The position numbers were made by a program, and so were the translations under genes. This document shows, piece by piece, positions 10,890 through 18,559 of a stretch of DNA of 27,999 nucleotides. Under the pieces are notes generated by a model. The model did not search any database and was not told where the DNA came from. It saw only the letters and a program-made list of their open reading frames with translations. This DNA comes from Vulcanimicrobiota bacterium (GTDB lineage Bacteria; Vulcanimicrobiota; Vulcanimicrobiia; Vulcanimicrobiales; Vulcanimicrobiaceae). Position 1 is the stretch's first letter. Each line of letters opens with the position of its first letter. Location: contig PLCF01000060.1 in assembly GCA_003135555.1 (NCBI GenBank), positions 1 through 27,999 on the forward strand, given 5' to 3'.

Positions 10890-11321
10890 CTACCCGCCGA
10901 GATAGCGTAGTGCATCGTCGGCTTCGAGGAGGTCGAACACAACGGTGTAACGTTCACGCAACGCGGCCGGATAGGCTTGCTCGAACGTCTCGCGCATGGA
11001 CTCGGGAGTTCGAGCGCTTTCGAACCCCTCCATCTTGGCGTTGATCTTGGGCTTGTCGAGCTCAGCGGTGCGTTCGAGCAACCAAACTTCGACGTCCGCC
11101 TCGGATTCGGCGGCTACGATGCACCGCTGCAAGGCGGTCAAGTCGATCTTCGTATAATACGCCCAGAGCTCACTAAAGCCGGTGAACGGAAAATAGCCGT
11201 TCAACTCGCCGCCCGGAAGTGCGGCGCGTAGCTTGTCGATGACTCGTGCCGTGAAAACGATCCCGGCAACCTGGGCTCGCGGACCACGCGGCGGTACGGC
11301 GAGAAAGCTCAACTGCTGCAT
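10890..11321 (-). CDS. DUF5069-like protein
   Basis: PRGPRAQVAGIVFTARVIDKLRA.L.G.L..Y...FDLLEADD pattern; ATG 11321 is the likely start. Confidence 0.7.
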   Translation of the reverse strand: MQQLSFLAVPPRGPRAQVAGIVFTARVIDKLRAALPGGELNGYFPFTGFSELWAYYTKIDLTALQRCIVAAESEADVEVWLLERTAELDKPKINAKMEGFESARTPESMRETFEQAYPAALRERYTVVFDLLEADDALRYLGG

Positions 11322-11541
11322 CCCGGGCACTACGCGAAGCCGAGTGCCGCTCCTTGCGCGCCGCGCCGCACCGGCAGCAACGGCTAAACGCTCCAAACAC
11401 TTGGGGCTACATCCCAACGACTGGCGATCCCCCAATAGCAAAAGATCGCCCAACAGCCCGTCCCGTAAGGCTTTGACCGTGGAATGACACGCTCAATTCT
11501 CTCACATCACGCCGCCCGCGAAAAGGCAGGGTGGACGGGGC

Positions 11542-11550
11542 TGATATAAT
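11542..11550 (+). promoter_or_regulatory. Extended -10 promoter (TGaTATAAT) for ncRNA copy 1
   Basis: TG-n-TATAAT; repeat unit 1 starts 5 nt after its last base. Confidence 0.7.
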
Positions 11551-11554
11551 CGTT

Positions 11555-11661
11555 GAACCTGCTGGGTAGCGCCACGAAATCGGGAGACCGAGGACACGTT
11601 CACCAGGGGCGGCGGAGGGTAGATCCCCCGCGGCAACGTCGGTCCCTCCGTCTTTTTATTT
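11555..11661 (+). ncRNA. Putative structured small RNA, copy 1 (family not recognised)
   Basis: Promoter upstream; GNRA hairpin tcgg-gaga-ccga; terminal stem ggcggaggg/ccctccgtc followed by TTTTTATTT; homologous to copy 2. Confidence 0.65.
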
Positions 11662-11687
11662 ACTGTGGTCGCGGGCCCTGATACAAT
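11659..11687 (+). promoter_or_regulatory. Sigma70-type promoter for ncRNA copy 2 (TTTACT-17 bp-TACAAT with TG extension)
   Basis: -35 TTTACT 11659-11664; TG 11679-11680; -10 TACAAT 11682-11687; same spacing to the unit as in copy 1. Confidence 0.7.
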
Positions 11688-11691
11688 CCTC

Positions 11692-11795
11692 GAACCTGCC
11701 GGGTAACGCGACGACCGGGAAACCGGGGCTACGTTCACCGGGGGCGGCGAGGGGGAGATCCTCAGCGGCAACGCTGGGCCCCTCGTCTTTTTGTT
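11692..11795 (+). ncRNA. Putative structured small RNA, copy 2 (family not recognised)
   Basis: GNRA hairpin ccgg-gaaa-ccgg; terminal stem ggcgagggg/cccctcgtc followed by TTTTTGTT; compensatory changes relative to copy 1. Confidence 0.65.
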
Positions 11796-11815
11796 GATCG
11801 TTGACATGCCGGCGG

Positions 11816-12994
11816 TCATCTATCTCGGCTGGCTCGCATGCTCGCCAGGACCTCGACGAGCGACTTAGGCGGATTCGCTGCGGCCACTCCTCTGGCTGTC
11901 GCCTGCGGGTTAAGCACGGCCCCATTCCGCTTGGATTTGGCGACCCGTCTGGGCTTGGAGTCTGCTTTAGCCTTGGCACGACGCTTAGGAGCATTTTCGC
12001 GCATCTTACGGCGCTTTGGATCCATTTCGCCGAGGGCGGAATTTTCACGACCTTGGTACCGCCCATCAATGGGAATCAAGACATCGAGCAACGCCCTCAA
12101 CTCGGCGGCCGCGAACCAGGTTGGGTCAAGTTCGACCATCTTCGCGCTTCCCTCATTCGCCGTATAACGCACAATCCCATAATGCTGCAACATCAGGATC
12201 GTGCGTCGAATGGCGCCGGGGTCTGTTGAGGAAGCGCCGCGGTGAAGGGTCATCACGTCTGCCGATCCCATGGCGGCCAAGGTCAGCAATGTCTCGGCTC
12301 TTGGGACGCTCCCGAAGCATTTGCCTATTACGAACTTGGCGCGAGGCTTCGCGTCGCCGTCACCAGCCGTGCATTCGATGGTCCTCGGCGGCCATTTTTC
12401 AGAAAGTTTTCGAAGCAGCGCGATGTATTGTTCTCTCGCCGGCAGTGCGCTGGAAATGTCAACGACGGCCCTCGTCGTTCTTCCGCGGCTCGGATTCAAT
12501 CTGCCGATCCAGCCATCGGACAACAAGAGCCGGTATGTCGATTGATTCATCCTGGTCGCAGCGAACAAGTCCGCGGGACGCATCGGGCCATTCACGGCCA
12601 AGGTCGTAAGCGTTCGAAAGCGGCTGACGGTTCCGAAGAGAAGCGGGGTCCCGTCATTCGAAGGTGCGATGCCGGTCGCGCGTTCGGCCTTGCCCTCAGC
12701 GCGTTCCCAATCGATCAGGCCGTGCCGCTTCGTCGCAGAGATGGGATTTTGCCATTCCTTGGCGTCGTCGCGAAGATCGAACTCGGGGAGCACTTTGAGA
12801 AGCGCTTTGGCATACGCGATCAATTGCCGCGTAGCGGGAAAGTTGCCGCTGATCGTGACGTAATCTCGTTCGACGGAGATGATCCAGCGGTCAACGAGAT
12901 TCTGCAGCATCCGCGCTCTTTGAACGCTGTTCGTTCGTTGGAAGCGTAGGTTCTCAACTAATCCGGAGACGCAACATACGTAGGCAATCTCCAA
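11816..12994 (-). CDS. Hypothetical protein with internal repeats resembling tandem winged-helix domains and a basic C-terminal tail
   Basis: LFGTVSRFRTLTTLAVNG...ISSALPAREQYIALLRKL versus CFGSVPRAETLLTLAAMG...LDPTWFAAAELRALLDVL. Start uncertain (TTG 12994 or ATG 12910). Confidence 0.6.
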   Translation of the reverse strand: MEIAYVCCVSGLVENLRFQRTNSVQRARMLQNLVDRWIISVERDYVTISGNFPATRQLIAYAKALLKVLPEFDLRDDAKEWQNPISATKRHGLIDWERAEGKAERATGIAPSNDGTPLLFGTVSRFRTLTTLAVNGPMRPADLFAATRMNQSTYRLLLSDGWIGRLNPSRGRTTRAVVDISSALPAREQYIALLRKLSEKWPPRTIECTAGDGDAKPRAKFVIGKCFGSVPRAETLLTLAAMGSADVMTLHRGASSTDPGAIRRTILMLQHYGIVRYTANEGSAKMVELDPTWFAAAELRALLDVLIPIDGRYQGRENSALGEMDPKRRKMRENAPKRRAKAKADSKPRRVAKSKRNGAVLNPQATARGVAAANPPKSLVEVLASMRASRDR

Positions 12995-13023
12995 ACAACG
13001 CGCAGAACGACATCAGTTCTGAC

Positions 13024-13542
13024 CTAATCCGCCCGACTGCTGCCGGCGTGCACGGCCGACTCTTCGATTTCCGACACGGTTGCCAGGCGTTGGAAGACAC
13101 CGTCTCTTTGAGCGTACGCAGCGATTCTCGGGTCGTCCCCGAGATCACCGAGTATTAAGAGGACCGGAGTGGCGCACTGCATCTTTGGGTCGGATGCGAT
13201 CTTGTGCATTTGTGCCCGGTCGCTCGGGCTCGCTTCTGGCAGGCCGCCGGGGTGATAGTGCCATTCTCCCAAGTAGTGCTGATCGGCACGCCACGCGCGC
13301 CTCAGCATCTCGTCGAGGCCGGCAATCCCACGGGTGAACCAGGTCGACCCTGATCTCGAATCATTCGGTGCTCCGGTTGCACGAAGAACCGTTGCGAGAT
13401 TCAGGTCCGCCGAATAGTACCCGATGAGGATGCCGCCAGTCTCTTTCGCTTTGGCCCGCGATGTCCGTCGGCGCATGTATTTTGCTACGTCGTCCGGCAA
13501 TTCGAGCAGCATGGTGTTGGAAGCGTCGGCGAATTTGATCAT
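13024..13542 (-). CDS. cap3: CBASS Cap3 JAB/MPN isopeptidase
   Basis: ETGGILIG...YLGEWHYHP...SPSD JAMM motif; ATGA overlap with the Cap2 stop. Confidence 0.92.
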   Translation of the reverse strand: MIKFADASNTMLLELPDDVAKYMRRRTSRAKAKETGGILIGYYSADLNLATVLRATGAPNDSRSGSTWFTRGIAGLDEMLRRAWRADQHYLGEWHYHPGGLPEASPSDRAQMHKIASDPKMQCATPVLLILGDLGDDPRIAAYAQRDGVFQRLATVSEIEESAVHAGSSRAD

Positions 13543-15308
13543 GCCGCGCGGAGCCAGATCGTCTCAAGCGAGGTTTCTGGAGACGTACCTCGCCTAACCC
13601 CCCGCTCGATGCCCTTGAGCATCTCGGCCGCCAGAATCTGCACGTCAGACCAGCGCGCGGGGAAAACTGGATTCCAGCACCCCGCACCGTGCATGGCCGC
13701 CAGGCCGCGCTCCGCTATCAGGTTCTTCTCCTCAGCAAACGGCTCGCGCATCGCGACCTTGTATCGCGCCGCGTCCGGTTGTTCCGCATGCTCGGAGTAC
13801 AGGAACAGACGACGAGCATCGACCCCGAGGGAGCCGACGAAGAACCACCTCTTTCGGCCGTTGCTCTTCTGACGCGCCAGGTGTCCGATTACGTCTTCAT
13901 TCGCCGTACAGTCGATAATCAGGTCGGCATCGTGCAGTGCCGAACGATCCTCATCCAGCCTTTGAGGAAACCAGCCGGCGACGTATCGAACGCGGGCAAA
14001 GGGAGAGACGGAGTTCAAGCGGGTCGCGAGCGCGCGCGCCTTGTACTGTCCCACCTCTTCCGCCGTGAGGACGTGCCTGCGGAGATTTCCCATCTCGAGC
14101 TTCTCGTGGTCGATGATGAGCAGATCGTTCAGACCTTCGCGGACAAGCATCTCGGCAAGGGCTGAACCGAGCGCGCCCGCACCGATAATCACGGTACGCA
14201 TGTTCCGTACCGCTTCGTCTAGGGAGCCGCGGACCCGCAGTCGCTGTTCGCTCCAGTTTTCGGATCGGAGCCATTGCAGCGGTTGATCGTCCGACAGCGT
14301 CCGCGCCAACTGAAACGGCCATGCACCTTGGCTTCCCGGGCGCGCGTGTGTGAGATGCTCACTCGGAATCGGCCGAGGAAGGCAAAGCGGCTGCCAGTGC
14401 ATTTGCGCTGGCGGTCCGTCATAGACGTCCGGGATCGGAAAGCCGATGAGGAGAACTTGGTCGCCCGTCAGGTTCGCTTCACGGATTTTGTGATAGATCC
14501 ATCGCAGACCGCCGTCGAAGTCGACGCCCATCTTGCGTGCGACCGCGCGCATCTCGCCCCACGTGTTCGGAACGTCCCACGGAGCGATCACGGGCATCTC
14601 GGGCAGCGACATCCAGAACACGGGAAGCGATTCCACGCTTGCGTCGATCCGCGCACCCCAACGCGATGGCGTTACGCTCGCGTCGCGCAGCAAGAACGAA
14701 TCGAGCGCGACGGTGTTCTCGCAAATTCTGCGTACGACGCACCGACCGAAACGGCCGAGAAGTGGCTGCCAGATCGCGAAGCGGTCGGGCGATTCGTCGA
14801 ATCCGACGACCGACGCATCGCTGTCGTCGGTGAAGCGCGGCAACTCGAACGGCTCTTCGGGTGCCGTAAGGGTGTCCTTCGCTGCGAATTCGAGCCACTT
14901 CAGCGCCATGCCGACGTGAAAGCGCAATTTCGCGACCGCTGAGTCGGGCTGTCCGGCCATCTCCAGGCTGCCCAGCCACCTCCCCGGACGATCAAGACAC
15001 GGTACGCCATTGCGCCAAAGACCGCCGTCATAATCGTTTCGCGTCATGTGTCGAAACGAGCGGTGCAGTCCGCCGTCCTGCGCTGGCTGAAAAGCCGCGA
15101 ATCCGAGCGGATACGCCGGGTCGATGCGGACGTACCAATCCGTCGTCGCGGGAACCATATCCGAAGGCTCCGCTATGGTGAGGCGAAGATGAATGACCCA
15201 CGACGGCAGCGTGCCATCGTGGGTCAAGGTGTCGGCGATCTCCACGCCTTCCATGTTTTCCAGCGCTTGAACGCCGAAACGCAAGTCGGGCGACGGTCGA
15301 AGTGCCAC
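13539..15308 (-). CDS. cap2: CBASS Cap2 E2-E1 (ThiF) ubiquitin-like transferase
   Basis: N-terminal E2-like WYVRIDPAYP...FRH...GVPCLD; C-terminal ThiF IIGAGALGS, GNLRRH, DLIIDCTAN, GAGCWNPVFPA. GTG 15308 lies 5 nt after the cyclase stop (alternative ATG 15254). Confidence 0.92.
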   Translation of the reverse strand: MALRPSPDLRFGVQALENMEGVEIADTLTHDGTLPSWVIHLRLTIAEPSDMVPATTDWYVRIDPAYPLGFAAFQPAQDGGLHRSFRHMTRNDYDGGLWRNGVPCLDRPGRWLGSLEMAGQPDSAVAKLRFHVGMALKWLEFAAKDTLTAPEEPFELPRFTDDSDASVVGFDESPDRFAIWQPLLGRFGRCVVRRICENTVALDSFLLRDASVTPSRWGARIDASVESLPVFWMSLPEMPVIAPWDVPNTWGEMRAVARKMGVDFDGGLRWIYHKIREANLTGDQVLLIGFPIPDVYDGPPAQMHWQPLCLPRPIPSEHLTHARPGSQGAWPFQLARTLSDDQPLQWLRSENWSEQRLRVRGSLDEAVRNMRTVIIGAGALGSALAEMLVREGLNDLLIIDHEKLEMGNLRRHVLTAEEVGQYKARALATRLNSVSPFARVRYVAGWFPQRLDEDRSALHDADLIIDCTANEDVIGHLARQKSNGRKRWFFVGSLGVDARRLFLYSEHAEQPDAARYKVAMREPFAEEKNLIAERGLAAMHGAGCWNPVFPARWSDVQILAAEMLKGIERGVRRGTSPETSLETIWLRAA

Positions 15309-15313
15309 GGCGG

Positions 15314-16384
15314 CTAAGCGAAGTGCCCCTTGGTCATCGACGCCTGCGCAGTGGGAGCCGTGTAGGCGGTGTACCTGCGGACGCGCTCCGGGAACGGCTC
15401 CCCGAAGACCTCGTGCCACGCGTCGATGCTTGCGTCGGCGTCGTCGAGATTGAGCGCGGCGCGCGCCTGGACCGCGGTTCGTTGAACGGCATCGTAGAAT
15501 AACGCGAACTGTTGAGGCGTGATCCGCGCGAAGACGTCGTGCGTAGGAACGCCGTGATCCGGGAGATAGGGACACGTTCCGTTGATGCGGTCGCCGTGAT
15601 AGTTGTGGACGATCCACTCGAGGGACAAGGTGAACCCCTCGGCGACGCTGCCGATGTGGTCGGGGCAGTTCTGGCCGATGAGATGCTCGAGCGGATAGCC
15701 CTTCGGATATTTTCCGTCGCACTTGTAGGCACGCCACCACTTGCCTGCCTTGACGACATTTACGTAGTGATCGTTGGTGTTCGCGTTCTTCTCGACGGTC
15801 CACGCGATTTGTTCGAGCGGATTCGTTTCTTCCCACATCGCCGCATCGCGGTCGGGAATCCACAACCCTTCGTTCTTCCAGTCCTGAACGCCGGCGGCTT
15901 TCTGGATGCGCTTCAGGCTCTCGCGCGTGAGATGCCCGACGAAATCGTCGCTGAGGCCGCTCTTACGGGCCTCTTTGAAGAACTTCTGCGTCGCTTCCGA
16001 CGGTGCGGACGTCGGAACGAGATCGAGTTTGATGTTGCCGACCTGAACGGCCCAGGAGCGGCTCTGCTGCTCGTATGCGCCGGAGTAGAACTCCTCGAGG
16101 AACGGGATGAACAGGTCGAGGGCCTGCCTTGCCGTCACGGCATTGCGGTCGAGATTCGTCACGACCACGATGTCGACGTCGGCACTCTTTCCGGGCTCGG
16201 GCTTGACGCCGGTGTGCCGGCGATACGAACCTTGAAGAAACGTATCGACGATGATACCTTTCAGCGGTTCGTAGGCCTCGAGTTCCTTGCGGAACATTTC
16301 GTGCGCTTCTTTCGCTTCTTGACGAAGCGCGTCGGGCAGGCGGATCTCGGTCAGGAAATCCTTGAACGATTGATTGGCTTCCAT
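15314..16384 (-). CDS. CBASS cGAS/DncV-like nucleotidyltransferase (CD-NTase), CdnD-like
   Basis: FLQGSYRRHT...ADVDIVV, DLVPT, TNPL, VVKAGKWWR and PKGYPLEH motifs; C-terminus GHFA, like the G-x-F-A/G tails conjugated by Cap2. Confidence 0.93.
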   Translation of the reverse strand: MEANQSFKDFLTEIRLPDALRQEAKEAHEMFRKELEAYEPLKGIIVDTFLQGSYRRHTGVKPEPGKSADVDIVVVTNLDRNAVTARQALDLFIPFLEEFYSGAYEQQSRSWAVQVGNIKLDLVPTSAPSEATQKFFKEARKSGLSDDFVGHLTRESLKRIQKAAGVQDWKNEGLWIPDRDAAMWEETNPLEQIAWTVEKNANTNDHYVNVVKAGKWWRAYKCDGKYPKGYPLEHLIGQNCPDHIGSVAEGFTLSLEWIVHNYHGDRINGTCPYLPDHGVPTHDVFARITPQQFALFYDAVQRTAVQARAALNLDDADASIDAWHEVFGEPFPERVRRYTAYTAPTAQASMTKGHFA

Positions 16385-16400
16385 GATAATCGCCGCTCCT

Positions 16401-17921
16401 TTACGCGGTGTTGAGGAGAATGGAGGGCGAGTATCCCTCGGGGTCATTGCGCTCCAGCGCGAACTCGTACAGTTGTGTGGGGCCGAGGCGGCTGCCGGCG
16501 CGGCCCATCGTGAACGCCACCGTGGCGGGCACGGCCGGAAGAACATGCAGCAGTTGCCGACGCTGCTCGGACGTGCGTTCCCGGTTCACGATCTCCGCGA
16601 AGGTCTCGCCGAGATCGAAGGCGTGCGCGCCATCCCGCACCGCACGTTGGCCACTCCCTCCGACGGGGCGAAGAACAAGGAGCCGACCGACCGAGGGAAT
16701 CCGATTTTCGATGTATGTACGCGCGTCTGCGCCGGAGTCGCTACTGACGGCAACGGCAACCGCAACGTCGGGGGCATCCTCGCGCAAGCGGATGTCTTCG
16801 ACCATCCATGTGTCGTCGGCAGTCGCACCCGCGCCCTCAGTCAGCCGCCAGATTTCGACACCACGCGGACCTGTCTGCCGGAACGAATAGCGCGTGCTGG
16901 ATTTGCGCGAGACCGCACCGCCGGCCGCGTATGCGATGGACAGTTTGCAGTGCAGATGGAGTTCGACGTCGCTGCGGCGGTCGTCGTCGAGGCTGGAAAC
17001 GAAGTCGTCCACGCGCGGTCCGACATCGTTGCTCCAGGTCAGGCCGTCGCGGAGATAGCGGTCGTCGAACAGGTCGAGCAGATCGAGCAACTCGTCCATC
17101 TCTTCTTCGAGGTACGTTGCCTGGCGTTTGAAGGAGCGAATGCCGACGCGCCACGGTTCCGCGACCGGCGCTTCGACGTTTTCGAGCAGCTCTTCCTTTT
17201 CGAAAAGTACGCGCAGTTGCGCGGCGTCGAGCGGGCCCGTCTTCGCCTGGATGAGTTTGCGGGCGAGTTCGTCGTAGACGTTGATTTGGCGATCACCGAC
17301 GGTCTTGAATCGGAATCGCGCAAGACGGTCATCGAGCCGACGTTGCAGCCGGACAAGCGACGAATCGTTGCGAATGCGCCAGCGCGATACCGCGCTCCGC
17401 AGTTCCGCTTCGTCGCACCCGATATGCTCGATCAAGGCCGCGCGCATCTTGGCGGCATCCGACTTCAGTTTATCGTCGAAGAGCGCCGAAACGATGAACT
17501 CGTCGTCGACGTTGCTGACCATCTTCGCCAGCGCGTCTTCGGGATGGAACGACCAGGGTGTCGTCAGGTAGAGGGCCGCGCGCCCTTTGTGCTGCCGGTC
17601 GGCGGCGACCAACCGCTGCATGAGCGACATCTTCTTGACGTTCATCCACGCCGGGGACATCATGCTCTCCCAGGAGAGCGAACCGTCGGGCCGCACGTGG
17701 AATTTCGCTTGGTGGCACTCGATGTCGTAGTCGAGCCCGTGGCCGTCGTTGTAGATGACCACGACGTCGTCGAAGTGCGTGTACTCGCTCTGCTCGATGC
17801 CGACGCGCGCCACCCGCGGATGCGGGTCGAGCATCCGCAGCGCCTCAAGCCAAAAGAGCCGGGCTTGATAATCTCCGCCTTGATCGCGCGCCGCGACGGC
17901 ACCGGCCGTTCCTGAGGTCAT
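16401..17921 (-). CDS. cap4: CBASS Cap4-type effector: N-terminal restriction-like dsDNA nuclease plus C-terminal SAVED domain
   Basis: GGDYQARLFWLEA...FDDVV...QAKFHV nuclease motif; SAVED-like LHLHCKLSIAYAAG...Q...LHVLPAVPATVAFTMGR...QLYEF...YSPSI. Confidence 0.9.
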   Translation of the reverse strand: MTSGTAGAVAARDQGGDYQARLFWLEALRMLDPHPRVARVGIEQSEYTHFDDVVVIYNDGHGLDYDIECHQAKFHVRPDGSLSWESMMSPAWMNVKKMSLMQRLVAADRQHKGRAALYLTTPWSFHPEDALAKMVSNVDDEFIVSALFDDKLKSDAAKMRAALIEHIGCDEAELRSAVSRWRIRNDSSLVRLQRRLDDRLARFRFKTVGDRQINVYDELARKLIQAKTGPLDAAQLRVLFEKEELLENVEAPVAEPWRVGIRSFKRQATYLEEEMDELLDLLDLFDDRYLRDGLTWSNDVGPRVDDFVSSLDDDRRSDVELHLHCKLSIAYAAGGAVSRKSSTRYSFRQTGPRGVEIWRLTEGAGATADDTWMVEDIRLREDAPDVAVAVAVSSDSGADARTYIENRIPSVGRLLVLRPVGGSGQRAVRDGAHAFDLGETFAEIVNRERTSEQRRQLLHVLPAVPATVAFTMGRAGSRLGPTQLYEFALERNDPEGYSPSILLNTA

Positions 17922-18044
17922 CAGTTCTGGCCCTCCCGGTGCGGCACGTCGAAGCCGCCGGCTTCCAGAAATTTTTCGGAAGCGGCAGCCAGCCTAACGA
18001 GTAAGCGTAGGAGCGTCATCAAGGATCGGTATCATCCTATTGGG

Positions 18045-18066
18045 CTGTGCCATACGTATGGCACAG
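18045..18066. promoter_or_regulatory. Perfect 22-bp palindrome upstream of the CBASS operon; candidate operator
   Basis: ctgtgccatac|gtatggcacag. It covers the expected -35 region of a minus-strand TAGGAT -10 (18034-18039). A second perfect palindrome cgaaaccggtttcg lies at 18068-18081. Confidence 0.6.
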
Positions 18067-18225
18067 TCGAAACCGGTTTCGGAAGATCTCCGGCCGGTTC
18101 CATAGTCAGCGGCTTAGGGGGAGCAGCGCGCTGATCGTAGAGGGGAGGGGTTACTTCCTCTTGCTTAGACACTCTCCCTGGTGGGCGAGTTTCGAAGAGG
18201 TACGATATCTTGCGGTAGAGCCGCC

Positions 18226-18447
18226 TCAGCCGGCCCGGCCCTTCGCCGGATCGACGTACTGGGCTTCCTCTCGGCCCGGCAGGATCACGTAGGCATCCAT
18301 GGAGTCGGTCCCGGGCATTCCGCCGGGCGGCGTCGCCATGATGTTGCCGTACATGTTCTTGTAGGCACGGATCTCGGGCTCGGTGCCGACGTTCACTTCG
18401 CGGCCGTCGAATGGACCGCCGAGAAGTTTGATCGTGCGAGTGCCCAT
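18226..18447 (-). CDS. Small hypothetical protein (73 aa, LxGGPxDG motif)
   Basis: MGTRTIKLLGGPFDGREV...; ATG immediately downstream of a LexA-type box. Confidence 0.55.
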   Translation of the reverse strand: MGTRTIKLLGGPFDGREVNVGTEPEIRAYKNMYGNIMATPPGGMPGTDSMDAYVILPGREEAQYVDPAKGRAG

Positions 18448-18448
18448 A

Positions 18449-18462
18449 CGAACGTATGTTCG
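18449..18462. promoter_or_regulatory. LexA/DinR-type SOS box CGAAC-N4-GTTCG
   Basis: cgaacgtatgttcg matches the Bacillota/Actinomycetota-type LexA consensus and sits between two divergent ORFs. Confidence 0.7.
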
Positions 18463-18559
18463 ATACGGACCGGTTGCGATCCCTGGCGCCGCCGACCATC
18501 TTTCACAGCCGGTCGAGCTGCATTTACGATCCGTTGGCTTCGACGAGAAAGAGCCCAGC

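Noticed and set aside
11555..11715. TPP riboswitch or SRP RNA interpretation of GAACCTGCCGGGTAA
   Set aside because: There is only superficial similarity to the TPP 3' half; CTGAGA and ATACCC elements and a downstream gene are absent. The SRP GGAAGGAAGCAGC loop is also missing.
11542..11795. CRISPR array or protein-coding reading (track ORFs 11502-11819 and 11656-12069)
   Set aside because: Only two long diverged units, with no repeat-spacer pattern and no cas genes. The substitutions preserve base pairing and the overlapping ORFs have no recognisable motifs.
16374..17915. 513-aa plus-strand ORF and other long antisense or alternate-frame ORFs (for example 472-1539, 1921-3144, 6808-7986)
   Set aside because: Shadow ORFs of well-supported genes, expected in high-GC DNA; no motifs.
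18150..18205. Imperfect hairpin cctctt...aagagg between the small ORF and the CBASS leader as an ncRNA
   Set aside because: Single copy with weak pairing and no promoter, terminator or covariation support.
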